DNA of 64,000 bases from Adineta vaga (Eukaryota > Animalia > Rotifera): positions 9,610,001-9,674,000 of the forward strand of contig CP075497.1 in the NCBI GenBank assembly GCA_021613535.1, read 5' to 3'. The notes beneath the pieces are model-generated. The model saw only the letters and a list, made by a program, of their open reading frames with translations, had not been told where the DNA came from and ran no database searches. The translations under genes and the position numbers were made by a program. Position 1 is the first letter of the stretch. Each line of letters opens with the position of its first letter. Positions 38,816 through 52,496 of the stretch are shown one piece after another.

Positions 38816-39269
38816 CTATTTCATATGTACAGCATTGTACTGTTGTTGTTGAGCAGCAGCCGCTGCTGCTGCTCGTTGCTGTTGAACTTGCATACTGACT
38901 TTAAGTGAACGACGAAATAACAAGATATGTGGTTCTAAAACGAAATTTTTTGATGATTTTCCTGCAAAATTTTAATTCATTACCTGGCTCATGAATCATA
39001 AAATGAACCCAACCGAGTGATTGTTGTACACCGAGATGTCGCCATTCATGTTCTGTTAATAGTCGACCTTTCGGTACTTTCTTCGCAATTTCCTTGGGCA
39101 AAATGACATGTCGATATTCGTATGCTTCCTAAAAGTATAATAACAAAAAAAAATGATTACGTAGAAAACTCACGTAAAAGAAGTTTCTTACATCTTTATA
39201 TGTATCTGAATAATAAATCTGTTCTTTTTGTGATTCTTTTTCTTTTGGAACAGCTTCTTTAGCGGCCAT
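38816..39269 (-). CDS. CKS1: Cyclin-dependent kinase regulatory subunit CKS, copy A (3 exons, Q/A-rich tail)
   Basis: [10 protein letters not shown]|[48 protein letters not shown]|EPHILLFRR. Confidence 0.95.
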
Positions 39270-39579
39270 TGCTGACGACAGAAGCAGATAAAGACGACGA
39301 ACAAAAACTTAGTTTGTATTTGTACTCTCTTATTCTACAATCAGTTCAGTAATTCTCTTCAATTGATAGATTTCTTTCTCGTCTAAAAATATAAAGAAAT
39401 GAAAATATTCGATCGGATTATGATATTCGTTAAACGAATGAAGTATAAAGAGAAAAGAAATATCTGACAGATAGAAATTTAAAAAAGAAGAAGCAGAAGA
39501 AGAACAATAACAACAAAAAAAAGTTATCTAACAATGACGGTGAAATGAAAAAGAAAAACATTTAATACACAAAAAGTAT

Positions 39580-40194
39580 CTATTCATCACAATGACTAGC
39601 AAAGCCTGATTCTTCAAGTTCATTATCTTCTTCATCAATATGATCATGTGTCATTTTATAAGTATTAACAGCACCCAATCGAAGATTCGTTGTCGAATTG
39701 CCACCACGTGTAAGTAAACTCTTTTTTGTATTTGTTGAATCACCAAGTGGATAACTTGTTGATATATTCATGGTTGCACTAACTGGCATGCGTGAAGTTG
39801 GAAAATGAGTATTCTGTTGTTGCATACCTGGATCAGGTTCAACACGATATTTTAATAAACGACGAAACATAAGTACAAATGGTTCTAATGGACAAAATTC
39901 AGTACAAAAATACTTTCATTGAGAAGAATTTTTACCAGGCTTGTGGATGAGATAATGTTCCCAATGAGGTCCTTGTTTAATTCCTAATGCACGCCATTCC
40001 ATTTCATCCATTAAACGATTTTTTGGCATTAATGAAACCATTTCTTTATCCAAAATAACATGCCGATATTGATATGCAGCATCTTCATCTAAATAAAAAC
40101 TTTCCAAGTGAAATAAAAGAAACAAGAAGTTATTTCTTTTTCTCCTACAAGTTGATGAATAACGAGGTGGCTTCGATTGTTGACCATGTGGCAT
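39580..40194 (-). CDS. Divergent CKS paralog, copy B, with about 90-aa C-terminal extension
   Basis: PRYSSTYEDAAYQYRHVILDKEMVSLMPKNRLMDEMEWRALGIKQGPHWEHYLIHKP|EPFVLMFRR. Confidence 0.88.
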
Positions 40195-40362
40195 GATGTT
40201 AATCGATCAGATTGAATCTAAAACAATAATAACAAATATATCCAGTAATCGGTAAAAACAAATAAAAATATCTGTTGAAATTTTTTCAGAACAAAACTGG
40301 GTACATAAATGAAAAACCGAAAACAGAAAATAACAGTACAATCTGATTCAATTCTTTTTTTT

Positions 40363-41992
40363 TCATTCTGTTTTAAGCATTTCATAAAATTTCCGTTGTT
40401 CTTCATGTCGATAATCAGCTTTTGGCAATGAACGTTTCAATCCACCATCCCATTCTAAATCAACAAAACCACCTTGTTTAGCAATAGCTGCTTTTACACG
40501 ACGAGCAAAATCAATAGATAGTTCATTCGGTTGAATTTTCATCGGTGGTAAATAATAAACATCAACAACAATTGCCCATGATGTCATCATTAAAATTAAA
40601 TATTGAACTAGTTGATGCTTCGATGAATTCCAAAATGCATCACCAAAACGATTATCATATTTAATTGCAACAGGATATATTGGTGCTTCGCTTATTTCAA
40701 AACAACCTTTCTTAAACATCATGACGGATGTATTGTTTATACAAGTACCTTCGGGAAAGATTAGAATAGGTAAATTGGTTTGATTTTCAATATGTTCACG
40801 CATTTTTTCAGCAACCATATGACGATCTTTTGCTTCAGAACGTTCAAACCAAATATGATTTGCAGTTTGAGATAAAGTTCTTTGTACTAAACCAAAAAAT
40901 CCGCCATGTTTTTGTCCAATCATAGAAAATCCATTATCAGTTGATAGAATAATCACGTCAATCGGTACGTATGATTTGCAACACAAATTGATCCACATTT
41001 AGCACGATGTTCAGTATTATGAAAGGTAATAATAGCTGAAAAGACACGTGATAAAATTCGATGTAGAACAATATTAATGTAAAAACCAAAACGAAATTTT
41101 GCTTCTGAAATTGGAAAATATCTTAGAAATATAATTGAGCCCATCATCCAAAACATGGCCAAAAAGAATAAACATAAACGAAATGGAAATAAAATAAAAT
41201 AACGTATAAGAAAACCAAGAAACCATAAGATTGTCACACGTAAAGAAAATAATTCATGATGTTGTTGAGTACGTGTCAATAAGTTCCATACAGCCATTTC
41301 ATCAGCTGATGTAAAACGTTTTGTTACTTCATCGTCAACAATAGCTTCTAAACCTTGACGAGTATAATCCATAATGTCACCTAAGTAAAAGGAAATCTTT
41401 TTGATAGTTGTTCGTTTAGATTTAAAATGAATAAATTTACTTAATTTAAACTGAATATCAGTTTGTGATGGTACTCTTAATATTGTTTGATTTTGTTGTT
41501 CAATAGTGACATTTGATGAATTATACATATCGTCTTTTTGTGATGCGTTTGTTATCGATGTAGTTGGACTAAGTTCAATTGCACTATCAAATGAAGTATC
41601 AGTAGGATGTGATTCAATTTGTGGTGTTGATAAATTCATCGATGCAGGAATAGCATCGATCGATATTTCTTTATCTTTTTTGATTTTTGTGGCATAATCA
41701 AATAGAAACGTAAGAATTTTCACATAAAATCTTCGTATTCCAAGTGTCATATTAAGTACAGCAAGAGTAAGAACAAGAGCAGCTATACTAATCACTGGTA
41801 AACACAGAATCCCTAAAATGGCAAATAATTGTATTGCGAATGTCACACGTTGTTTTAAACTGTATGAAGACCAATGATGATAAATTCTACTAAAAAGAAA
41901 TAGCAAAAAAAAAGGGATCAGTAATTTTTTCGTTAAATTTCCAAAAGAAAGTTGATTTATCAAGCATACTTAAATCTCTTGATTTGAAGCAT
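40363..41992 (-). CDS. Glycerol-3-phosphate acyltransferase GPAT3/GPAT4 family; 1-nt deletion near 40966
   Basis: AIVDDEVTKRF, WNLLTRT, ICVANHT(S)PIDVIIL, IGQKHGG, IWFERSE, LPILIFPEGTCINNTSVMMFKKG, YPVAIKY, FGDAFWNSS and LEWDGGLKR. Confidence 0.93.
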
Positions 41993-42501
41993 TCTGTTCA
42001 CAAATAAATTTAAATGACGAAAATAAGTAAACGAGAAAATGATAGCATTTCGTTTTTGTTTTCTTTTTCTCTCTGTGATATGTATATCTGTACGTATATT
42101 CTCTATATAGAAAGAACATCATCGTCGTCGTCGTTTTCGGTTAGAAGAAAAATACATGATTAGTTTTCGTTTATACTGATGTGCGATGAATCCCTCGATT
42201 TGAAATAGACAAATGTGCTGCTTATTTACGATCATTCCTTCGAAGGATTAAGTACGATAGATATAGAACAGCACTGATTATAAATTAATCGTATGATTTT
42301 TATATTTAATAAAAGTATTTTAACATTGAATTCAATAAACTACAAGATTATAAAATTAAAACAAAAAAAGAAGATATGTCAAAATGATTAAGTTTATTTA
42401 TCACATCATTGTTCTTTTTTTTATTATTATTGAAATTGCAGTATTATCACAATAAATGTGACGGAGATTTCTATTAAGCAGATCTTCACTGTTATGATTA
42501 A

Positions 42502-44613
42502 TCAAATTTGTTCATTCATGTCTTCATCCTTTGATGAATTCGACATATGTAATAATCTGTCATGTTGTGTAGTTAATAGATTAGCTGTTGGAGATAATGA
42601 TATAGTACGATGGATTGTTAATCTAGAATGAGAAAATGATTTATTGTAATAAGAAAATTGATTTTTAGTTTAACGTAAAACTAACTTATGCAATAGAAAC
42701 ATGCTAACAGCAGCAAGGATTAGAAAGAAGACACAGCTCATAAAAATAATCTTTAGATGAAAATCCTAAAAAAGATAGAACAATGAAGAATTTCATTCAA
42801 ATCAAATGTTATATCTACCTTGAGTAATATAACAACGACTATAAAATTTAATGGAATTCGAATGTAATTCATTACTGTAGCACGAGCTAAAATATTCATA
42901 GAGATTTTTGTTTCAATCATGAATTAGTCAAATCTTTCAACTAACCTTCTTCTGGAACATATTTACTTCGCATTGTTGCCATTGCTCTACAATCAAATCA
43001 ATACAATGAAATTTATAATTTACACTATACTTACGGCCAGAACAATCCAATACAAAATTCAAAGATCAAGAATGCAATAAACATAGTTACTTGATCCTAT
43101 ACATAGAAATCAATTTCAATTTAAACCAGAAAATGACAAGTTGACTTTGACTTACATCTGGTAAAAAGACTGGTACACTGAGACAAAATGCTGAAATGAT
43201 CATGATATATCTATAATACCAATAAATTGAATGCATAGAAATCAAAATCAAATTATCGAACCTTGTAAATGATTCTGGTGTTGTTTCATTACGAAAAATT
43301 TCGAATGCATTCGAACCCATCATCATTGCAACCATATAACTAGCAAAGATATATCCTATATATATATAGAAAGATGTCGTTCTGTTTCATCCTTTTCTAA
43401 TCGATCTGTACAAACCATGTGGGATAGGTGGATTTTTACTATTTGTTTTATCGATATATGTTCTATTTAATGCTTGAGTTAATGCTGGTGTCCATTCCAA
43501 TATAAATACATACATCGATGCTTCGAATAGTGATTGAACAATACCCAAAAGAAAGATTTTTCGATCTTAGAAAAAATGACTAAAGTGATACGAATGAAAT
43601 TCTTTCGACTTCTATACCGGATCGAATTGAAATCCAAGCGGAAGAAAATGATTGAGAAACAGGTGCATTAGCATCACCATGATTTTCTGACCAAGTTACC
43701 ATTAAAAACAAACACATTGCAACAAATGTTAGAATGGCACTATCGAACGGTGCTCTAGAAAGAAAATATGAAATAAGATCACACTATCTTATCGATACTT
43801 ACACATATCCAAATGTATTAGCTACAATCTGTGCAGTAATACCTGATAGTATTGCTACAATTGAATTTCCAAAATATGCATTGGTAAAAATCATTTCTAA
43901 TGATCCTGGATCAAAATTTCGCTAATAAAAAAGAAATGACAATGCAATTATGTAATATACGATTGAAATTCTTCTACAAACTCGTCGATGTTCATTGTTC
44001 AACCAAGATTCAAATGCACTGTATAAAATTGATGTTGCCATGCCAGCAAGTAATCGTCCGACGAATAAGATTTGAAAATCTGGGAAATGCTACAAATTTC
44101 AATGTTCTAGATCAATATGGATTCTTAGTTGTTAATGATTCACCTTTGTTATACATGATACTCCATAGAGTATTCCATATAATAAACAAATCTTTCGTCG
44201 ACCACTAAACAAAGAATTTCAATCAAAATCGAATATTTGTTTCCTATCTTGATTTAGTATACTATTTATCTGCCAAAGATGCAACTATTGTACCAAGTAT
44301 CATCGATGATCCAAAACCAGCAATAAATAATATTTCAATTTCGTGTTTTTGTATTCCATAACTTTCATATAATGCATAAACATGTGGTCCTTGGAGCCAA
44401 TCACCAGCTAAAAACAGGAGGCTATTTCATCAAAAAAGTCAACATTTATTTTTATAATCATTTACCAACAGCTAATAAATATACAACTAAATAAACTCGT
44501 TGAAAACTTCGAAAATTTGCATCTTTTGGTGATTGTTGTATTCGGCGAGTATAAAGATGTAGAAGGAAACATAAAAATATCAAAAAACCAAGAACAAGAA
44601 GGAATACATCCAT
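42502..44613 (-). CDS. MFSD5: MFSD5 / molybdate-anion transporter family MFS protein, multi-exon
   Basis: FRSFQRVYLVVYLLAV|AGDWLQGPHVYALYESYG, LFIAGFGSSM, LADK|YGRR, GRLLAGMATSILYSAFESWL, WSENHGD, QSLFEASMYVFILEWTPAL and RATVMNYIRIPLN. Largely missed by the ORF track. Confidence 0.92.
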
Positions 44614-46063
44614 AGAAATGGAAATCCTTCACTATTAAATAATAGAAATGAAGATGGGAATTCTTCTTTTTTTTGTCCTATTTTTTCTTTAAGGTTGATT
44701 GCTAGAGTGATATTGTTCCTTTTTTTTACATGGTTCGTTTTTCATCAATAGTAAGCAAATAATTATTGAATATACGTGAGATTTAACCAACCCTAGAATT
44801 GAATTGAGAAAAAAAGATGTCGTTACTTATCAAAATTTTGATATGACATATTATCACTGTCTATTCAATTTTTTTCCATGATCGATGATGTATCGTACAA
44901 TGTTAAGGAATACTCTCAAGCAATAATAAAACATCATATACGATTACTAGTGCTTGAGAATACACTTAGTTTTACGAAATAATATTTAGAGAAGATGTTC
45001 AATATTCTTACTTAATAAGAATCATTTCTATATGAGCTTGCTACAAACCAAGAAAGAAATCGCGGATTGAAGACATAAAGAAAGTTGTGTTCTTTCTCTT
45101 GTCATTCAGTTAGTTACTGATCACAATCGAATTTTATTCCTTTTTTCTTTTTGTTTGATCTTTTTGTTCTCTTGGAGATTTTCTCTCTCATTTTCTCTTT
45201 CTCTTCATTGTCGTTTTGTTTTCATTCCATACAATGATAAGAATGATGATGTGACAACACCATTTTAGTTTACTTATTCCGCCTCCTACTATTGCTAATA
45301 TTATGCACATACAGTTTAACCAGTCGGAATCTCAGTTAGACTGAATTAGTTGATTTATGCTTCTAATTTTCTTGTCATCGTCGGAAGCATAGATACAAAG
45401 GACAAAAAAATGATGTGGAATATTCTATTTCTTGTTTTAACATATATTGAATTAATTTGCTTTTCTTTCTCTTGTTCCTCCCCTTTTGGTTCATTGCTGG
45501 AAATTGGCCGTAGCACTAGTGACGATGAACAAAAAAGAAACTGAGAGACAGCATGTATCATTTATGAATACAAATGAGTACCCTAGAGAGAATCTAATCA
45601 TAGAATATTTTAGTTTGTCTTCTATATTTATATATGTTTGGCTTATCTGTATTTGTATATATTTGAACCTAATAAAAATGGTATTTCCTTTCAATAACGA
45701 TAAGAATGAACTGACAGAAAACTCATGTAGAAAAATACAAGGAGTACTGTATCTCTAAAATTGTTGATATCCAACAGAAGAAAAGAAAATGTAGAATTAG
45801 AAGAACCAAAGACTATATGTATAAGAGAAGAACATCACTGTAGTATACACACAAAGAAAAGAGTATGTTGGAATAAGAAAAGATTTCCCCTGTATGACAA
45901 CATCAGATTGGTTGAATAAAAAGAAACGAATAAACAAAACAAAGAAAGGAAAATGAATGAGATATTCAAAAAAAACATGAAAGAAAAAAAGAAATCATTT
46001 TTGTACAAAAAAAAAGAAAGAAAAATGAAATGACAAATTAATATATATGTATGTATGTAAAGA

Positions 46064-49000
46064 TTAAGGCGTTAATATTTTGTCATCATCACTACTATGT
46101 GTTTCATCATCTTCCATCGATGTAACAGGTGGTTGTTCTTGTAAATCAATATTGATTGTCGTTGTAGTTGGTTGCATCGGATGACTTGAATCATCTGTTG
46201 TTAGTCGCACTGCTGATGTTCCAGATATAAATTGTCTCATACGATCGCGTAATGTATTGATTGGTATTTGTCGTTTACGAATACGATACAACGATGAATT
46301 TGAAGTCGATCGATTGTTCGTTTCAATATCACTACCACCACCACTACTGCTACGACGGCTATTGGTTGTTGTTGGTGTTGTTAATGAATTTATTGATGGA
46401 TTTAATGATATTAATTGTTCTTCAGCATAGGGTGGTGGAAGTTCTCTTGGTTGTATAAAATCAGAATTTGAATATGGACGGGTTGGAAGAACATTCGGAT
46501 GATTTTGAATAGAAATCGATGGATTCTGACGTTCATAAGTATCAAATTGATTTGAATTCGAATTTGATTGAATACTGTTATTTCTATTATTGTTGTTGTT
46601 GGTGGTGGTGGTGGTAGTAGTAGTAGTAGTGTTAGAACGCGTCGTTGTAAAGAACGAAAGAAGATGAGAACGTAAACGATTTAAAGAAAATGGTGCGGAT
46701 GGTACAGGAAACGCGTTATTAGGAATGACAACATTTGGTTCCAATAAAGCCACTCGAGAACCTTAAGTAACAGTCAAATAAATATAAGAAAACAAAAGAC
46801 AATATTTTATATGCATTTACCTTCACTATGAGCACGTCGATGGTGGTGGTGGTGATGATGATGATGACGATGTCTTCGGTGTCTTCGATGTCGATGTCTT
46901 GATGTTGATCGTGATGTTCTTGAACTATTCAGTAGAGGTGGTAATGCAATATAATTAGCTAAACCAGCTAATCGTAAATGTTCAGCAAGAGCTGCTTGTC
47001 GTTCTTCATTCTCATCCATCAGGCCCATTGTTTGATTGTAAGATGGTGGTGCTATTCGCCTTGATTCATTTGATATTTCTAATGAATTCTCAATCGTCGA
47101 TGTTGTTTCCGAATTTAGATGACGATTATGTCGATTAGAACGTCGTTGTTGTTCACGTTGAATTTGTTGACGACGTTGTTCGATGTATCGTTGAGGATTT
47201 AATAATCGAGATGTCGCTCGTCGTTCGGAGGTACGTAGATGAAATAATTTACATGTACAACCAAGTGCAATAATGAATAGAGTCGAACAAACAGTTGCAC
47301 CAATCACAGCAGCGGTGACAATACGACGTGGTACTCGTGAAGGACAATTTGTTTCATCGGAATGATCACCACAATCATCCGTACCTAAACAATCAATATA
47401 GATTTTGAATGAAAGAAAAGTTTATATTCTTTCTAGGATTTTCTTACCATCACAAACCCATGTTTCATAGATACAATTAAGATTTTTACATAGAAATGTT
47501 CCATTATTTGAATTACACCACCAATTCGAACAAAGTTTTTCATCGGAACGATTTGCACAAAATGCATTTCCATTACAACGTTCCGACCATGTATAACATC
47601 GTGGTTGATCTGTTGGTAAACGTAAACGATCATTACATGAAAACGTTGTTGGACATGATTCTGGCGAACAGCCAAGTTCATCATCACCACTAATACAATC
47701 CCAAATACCTTTTGTTTTAGAAAAAGAACAAACAAATTAAATAAAATAAATTCCAGAACAAAGTATGGATTTCTCTTACCATCACATCGTTGTTCTTTCG
47801 TATAACATTTCGTTTCAAAATTTCCACCACAAAGCATCTGATCATCAGGGCAAATACTTGTAATCCATGTTATATTCAAAACTAAAGAGTTAATATCACG
47901 TCGTTGAATATATCGATGAGTTTTATTTGAATCTAAATATCCTAAAACATCATCACTTATTATTGATATTGGTTTGATTGAATGTTTTCGTATAACAATA
48001 GTTGCTATATGATTATCTTTTGTTTGTATCGTTTCTTTTTTCAATAACCAATTTGATGATGTCAGTATTTGATTTTGTTCTTCACTACCATCATAGATAA
48101 TCATTTCAAGATCGGATCGTTGTTTAAAAAATTCATATTGATTTGAAATAAATTTGATTTTATATTCTTCTTTTGCAATTATAATCAAACATAATGATTG
48201 ATTTTTGTTTAAAAGATCTTTGTTCAATAAAATTTGACCATGATCTTGATACCATGCAAGAATTCTCTCACAATTCGATGTTCTTGTTGAATAGAAACAT
48301 TGAGAATATCCATTACGTGGAATACACACACCTACAAAAGAGAAAGAGTTGAAATTATAATCAATATTCTTTTCATTACCTTTTGGATCGATTCTTCGAC
48401 TATAACTAATATGTGATTGCACCCAATCATCACCATCATATTCTAAATCAATAAGATTATCACTAAAAGATCTCGATGTTTTTGGTAGACACCAGATTTC
48501 GTTCGATTGACATAACAAACTAGTTGCTGGTTCATACATTGAACATAATGGACAATTTTCTTCATCACTTCGATCATCATAAGAACATTCATATATACAA
48601 TTACATTTCCATTGTTTTGGAATTAAAATCCCACTTGATCGACATTGAAAATAATTTTCATTCGAATAATCATTATTGACATGAAGAAATTCAATTAAAA
48701 ATCGACGAATACGTAAATTTGTACGTATATAAGGATTGTATGTTTGTAAAAGAGGTGGTCTTGAACGAAAAAAGATTTTTAAGGAGGAAGTTGTTAATAA
48801 AAATGTTCGTTTATTAATATCATCAACAGATATTTGTTTATTTCCTGTCCAAAATGTTAATTCATTAGACCAATGTGTTGGATCATTTTCTAATTCAATC
48901 AAACGTAATGAAAGTATATAATTTGACCATGGGGATGCTTGAAGATTAGTTAATATCCATGAACAAGATATATTTGGTGGTTGAGATTGACCTGAATAAA

Positions 49001-49169
49001 AATTGAAACTATGTATCACACCAAAGGATTGATTTGTTATTGTTATATTGGTACATAAATTGGCAGATAAGGTTAAATCAGAAATAAGATTTTTACAAAG
49101 ACCATAATCAAAGAAAAGAATAGAAATAATTAAATAAAATAGTCGAAGGCCAGGAGAATCAATCGACAT
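46064..49169 (-). CDS. LRP12/LRP3/LRP10-like receptor (CUB, LDLa, CUB-like, LDLa repeats, TM, PPxY tail)
   Basis: Signal peptide, NISCSWIL, LDLa repeats (CIYECSYDDRSDEENC, CYTKEQRCDG, WVCDGTDDCGDHSDETNC), RRIVTAAVIGATVCSTLFIIALGCTCKL, APPSYNQ and LPPPY. Confidence 0.88.
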
Positions 49170-49933
49170 ATTTTTATTAGAATGATTTGTTGTATGTCAA
49201 TGTCATAACCTAGACCTAGAAAAAAAGAAAAGAACAGATGATCAACAGATTGATGAACAACCATTTTTTTATTTGTGTAAATAACCTCTTTGAAATTTGT
49301 CGTAACAATCAATTGATTTGAGAAAAGATTATATTTAAATTGAAACGTAAATTAAAGTTAGAATCATTATTTAATGGATATATTTTGAATTTTAAAGAAT
49401 AAAACAAAAAAATAAAACAAAAAAAATATAATCACGAAAGAGGATACAATCGATTCGTTCATTCGTCGAGAGATTGACCAATGATAAAATAAGGCAAAGA
49501 ATTGTTCTTTTTCGATCCATGTGATTATCAGGAGTTGTTGTATGCCATTTTTTATGACTAGATAACTGAACACTGAATATGATTATCCACTGCTATTTTA
49601 TAAGAGAAAATATGTTTTTAATACAAGGAAGAAGTCGAAATTGATTTCATTGAGTTTCATTTTTGAATGCTAAATGATGATAAGATAACTTTAAGATGAA
49701 AAACTTATCAGTTTCTTTTGATAACTATGCAGATCAGATTATGAAAGGTCGAGTTCTTGTAAAAGATATTTAATCAATGCTATATATGTATATGTGCGTG
49801 CTTTGTAGATTGAATGAAGAAAGAGGCGAAGAAGATTACATGTTCGTTGTTAAGTTTACATTTAAAATACTTTCACTACTTACGATCGGGCTGTGAGTAA
49901 AACATTGAATTGTTTTAGCGTTTTTAGATAAAC

Positions 49934-51220
49934 ATGAGACGTATTCGAGTGTGTATTGTTGGTGGTGGTGCATCTGGTTTAGCGTGTGCTCGTGTTTTTG
50001 CATTAGATGAATACAATTGTGAACCCACTGTTTTTGAACAAAATTCATATGTTGGTGGGCAATGGCATTATGATTCAGATGGTACATCGGAAACGACCGC
50101 TGTTTATAAAAATTTACGAACCAATCTTCCATGTTGTGCAATGCAATATAGTGACTTTCCATTTCCAAGTAATCCACCTGAATCTTATGTAGATTGTAAA
50201 ACAGTTGAAGATTATTTAATTGCATATGCAGAAAAAAATCAGCTTTATCAATATATATGTTTAAATACGACAGTAAATTCAATTGACGAGACATATACCG
50301 TTACATATACAGTCAAATGTAATTCACAATATGAATTACCACATCGTCCTCATCGAAAATTACTGGAAAAGAACGAAAATTATGCTATTTATTCAGAACA
50401 ATTCGATGCTATATGTGTAGCGAATGGTCATTATTCCGATATTTATATGCCGAATGACATACCTGGCTTATATAATCAAACATTTCCTATTATTCATTCT
50501 CGTTCCTATCGTACTCCTGAAAATTATCGTGATAAATGTATTATTGTTGTTGGTGCTAGTCATTCTGGTGTGGATATTTGTGGTGAATTAACATCCGTTG
50601 CTAAACAAGTCATATTATCAATGAAAGAAGGGAATGAAGCATCCTTCGAACTTGTGATAAAACTTTTACAACAAAGTGGAAAAACAATATGTACAGATTA
50701 TTTATCGACAATATTTTCTATTGTTCCATCTATTGAACGTATTGATCGAGATACAGTCTTTTTCAAAAATCAAACATCAGTTAAACCAGATTTGATCATA
50801 TTTGCAACTGGATATGAATATCGAATGCCATTTCTTCAAGGCAAATTACAAGTTGATCAAACGCGTTTATTACAAGATCATTATGTTTATCCATTGTATA
50901 AACAACTTTTTCATGCGAATTTTCCCGATGGTACACTTTCATTTCTTACAATTCCTTATCGAATTGTACCATTTCCATTGGCTGAATTGCAATCACATGT
51001 AGTAGCACGTGTTTTACGTAAAAAAATCTTGTTGCCATCAACTGAACAAATGACTTTTGAAATTGATAATTCATCTTTACCACGCAATCGAACCTATCAC
51101 TGTGTAGATTGTATTAAATATGTTGAAGATTTTCTTGAAATGATGAGAGAAAGTGATAAGGATTTTAAATATAAGTTCACTATAGATAATCAACGATGTA
51201 TGCGCCAACAAATTCAATAA
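49934..51220 (+). CDS. Flavin-containing monooxygenase (class B), essentially intronless
   Basis: VCIVGGGASGL, VGGQW, YKNLRTNLP, MQYSDFPF, ICVANGHY, IIHSRSYR, VVGASHSGVDI and IFATGY. Confidence 0.92.
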   Translation: MRRIRVCIVGGGASGLACARVFALDEYNCEPTVFEQNSYVGGQWHYDSDGTSETTAVYKNLRTNLPCCAMQYSDFPFPSNPPESYVDCKTVEDYLIAYAEKNQLYQYICLNTTVNSIDETYTVTYTVKCNSQYELPHRPHRKLLEKNENYAIYSEQFDAICVANGHYSDIYMPNDIPGLYNQTFPIIHSRSYRTPENYRDKCIIVVGASHSGVDICGELTSVAKQVILSMKEGNEASFELVIKLLQQSGKTICTDYLSTIFSIVPSIERIDRDTVFFKNQTSVKPDLIIFATGYEYRMPFLQGKLQVDQTRLLQDHYVYPLYKQLFHANFPDGTLSFLTIPYRIVPFPLAELQSHVVARVLRKKILLPSTEQMTFEIDNSSLPRNRTYHCVDCIKYVEDFLEMMRESDKDFKYKFTIDNQRCMRQQIQ

Positions 51221-51245
51221 CTAGATCTTCTTCTTTTTTTTGTAG

Positions 51246-52263
51246 ATGCCACAGTATAGTTTTGACGAAATACCCCAAATTGAACCACGATCTCGTGTAG
51301 CAATTGTGACTGGTGCTAATGAAGGAATTGGTAAAGTTACTGCACGTGAGTTAGCACGAAAAGGTTGGCATGTTATTGTTGCTTGTCGAAATGCTGAAAA
51401 AGCACAAAATGCAATCAATGATATTCGAAAAGACATCAAAATGCCCGATGCACCATTAGATTTTCTTTCACTTGATCTATCTTCATTAATAAGTGTTCGA
51501 AAATTTGTTGATGAATTTCATCAACGACAATTACCTTTACATCTTTTGATCAATAATGCTGGCATATTTGCATCCGAATTTCAATTATCAGAATGTGGAG
51601 AAGAAATACAATTTACAACAAATCATTTAGGACATTTCCTTTTAACAAATTTATTATTAGATGATCTACGAGCATGTATACCATCACGTATTGTTATTGT
51701 AGCTAGTGGAGCACATTTACAAACAACAAATATTGAATTTGATGATCAAAAACGTAATCAACCGTATCCAACATCATCAGTTGGACATTTTCGAGCCGTA
51801 TTACAAAAATACAGTGAATCGAAATTAGCTAATGTAATGATGTGTACCGAACTTGCAACTCGACTTGGTCCTGAATCAAGAGTTTATTGTAACTGTTTAC
51901 ATCCAGTATGAAAATCATATCCTATGAGATTGATGCACTGAATATAAACGTGTTTTTTTCTTTTATTCAAAGGGTGTAATTAAATCAGCTATTTGGAATA
52001 ATCATAAATGGGAAGAACGTTTGATGAGACCATTTATGCGTTCAGTTGATAATGGTGCTATGACAACACTTTATGTTTCAACTCATCCTGACATTGAATT
52101 GAATAATATTCGTGGGGTTTATTTTGTACCCAGTAAAATATTACCACCACCCTATTGTCGACCTGTTTCTGGCAAAGTGAATCCTATAGCAAAAGATGGA
52201 GAACAATGTCGTCGTCTTTGGGACTTAAGTAAACATTTAACAAATTTAAATTCAACAATATAA
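51246..52263 (+). CDS. Retinol dehydrogenase/WWOX-like short-chain dehydrogenase (2 exons)
   Basis: VTGANEGIG, LDLSSL, LLINNAGI, TNHLGHFLLTNLL, YSESK and LHP|GVI. Intron at about 51906-51972. Confidence 0.92.
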
Positions 52264-52496
52264 TTTTTTATAAGAAATCTTTTTTGTTTAACTACATAAA
52301 CAAATACTCTATTGTGTGTTCAATCGAAATCAGTTGTCGCCCTTGATTTCTTTCGCTAACATATCGATTTTTTTTTGTTGCTTTTTTTCTCTTCTAACAT
52401 ATGATCTCAAACATTTCTGTAATGATTAATTCTATACAATAACGTACATACTCTTGTACTAATTATGTATGTTTTTCTCTCTCCTATTCAAATAAC

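Noticed and set aside
40953-40998. Programmed ribosomal frameshifting at the overlapping ORFs (also at about 6918 and 37736)
   Set aside because: There is no shared slippery heptamer or stimulatory structure, and the shifts go in both directions. Single-base indels explain all cases.
46807-46900. Poly-His/Arg tract in the LRP12-like tail as a novel metal-binding system
   Set aside because: It is a simple trinucleotide expansion in a disordered tail, and similar homopolymeric tracts occur in TRIM37, ABCF1 and CKS.
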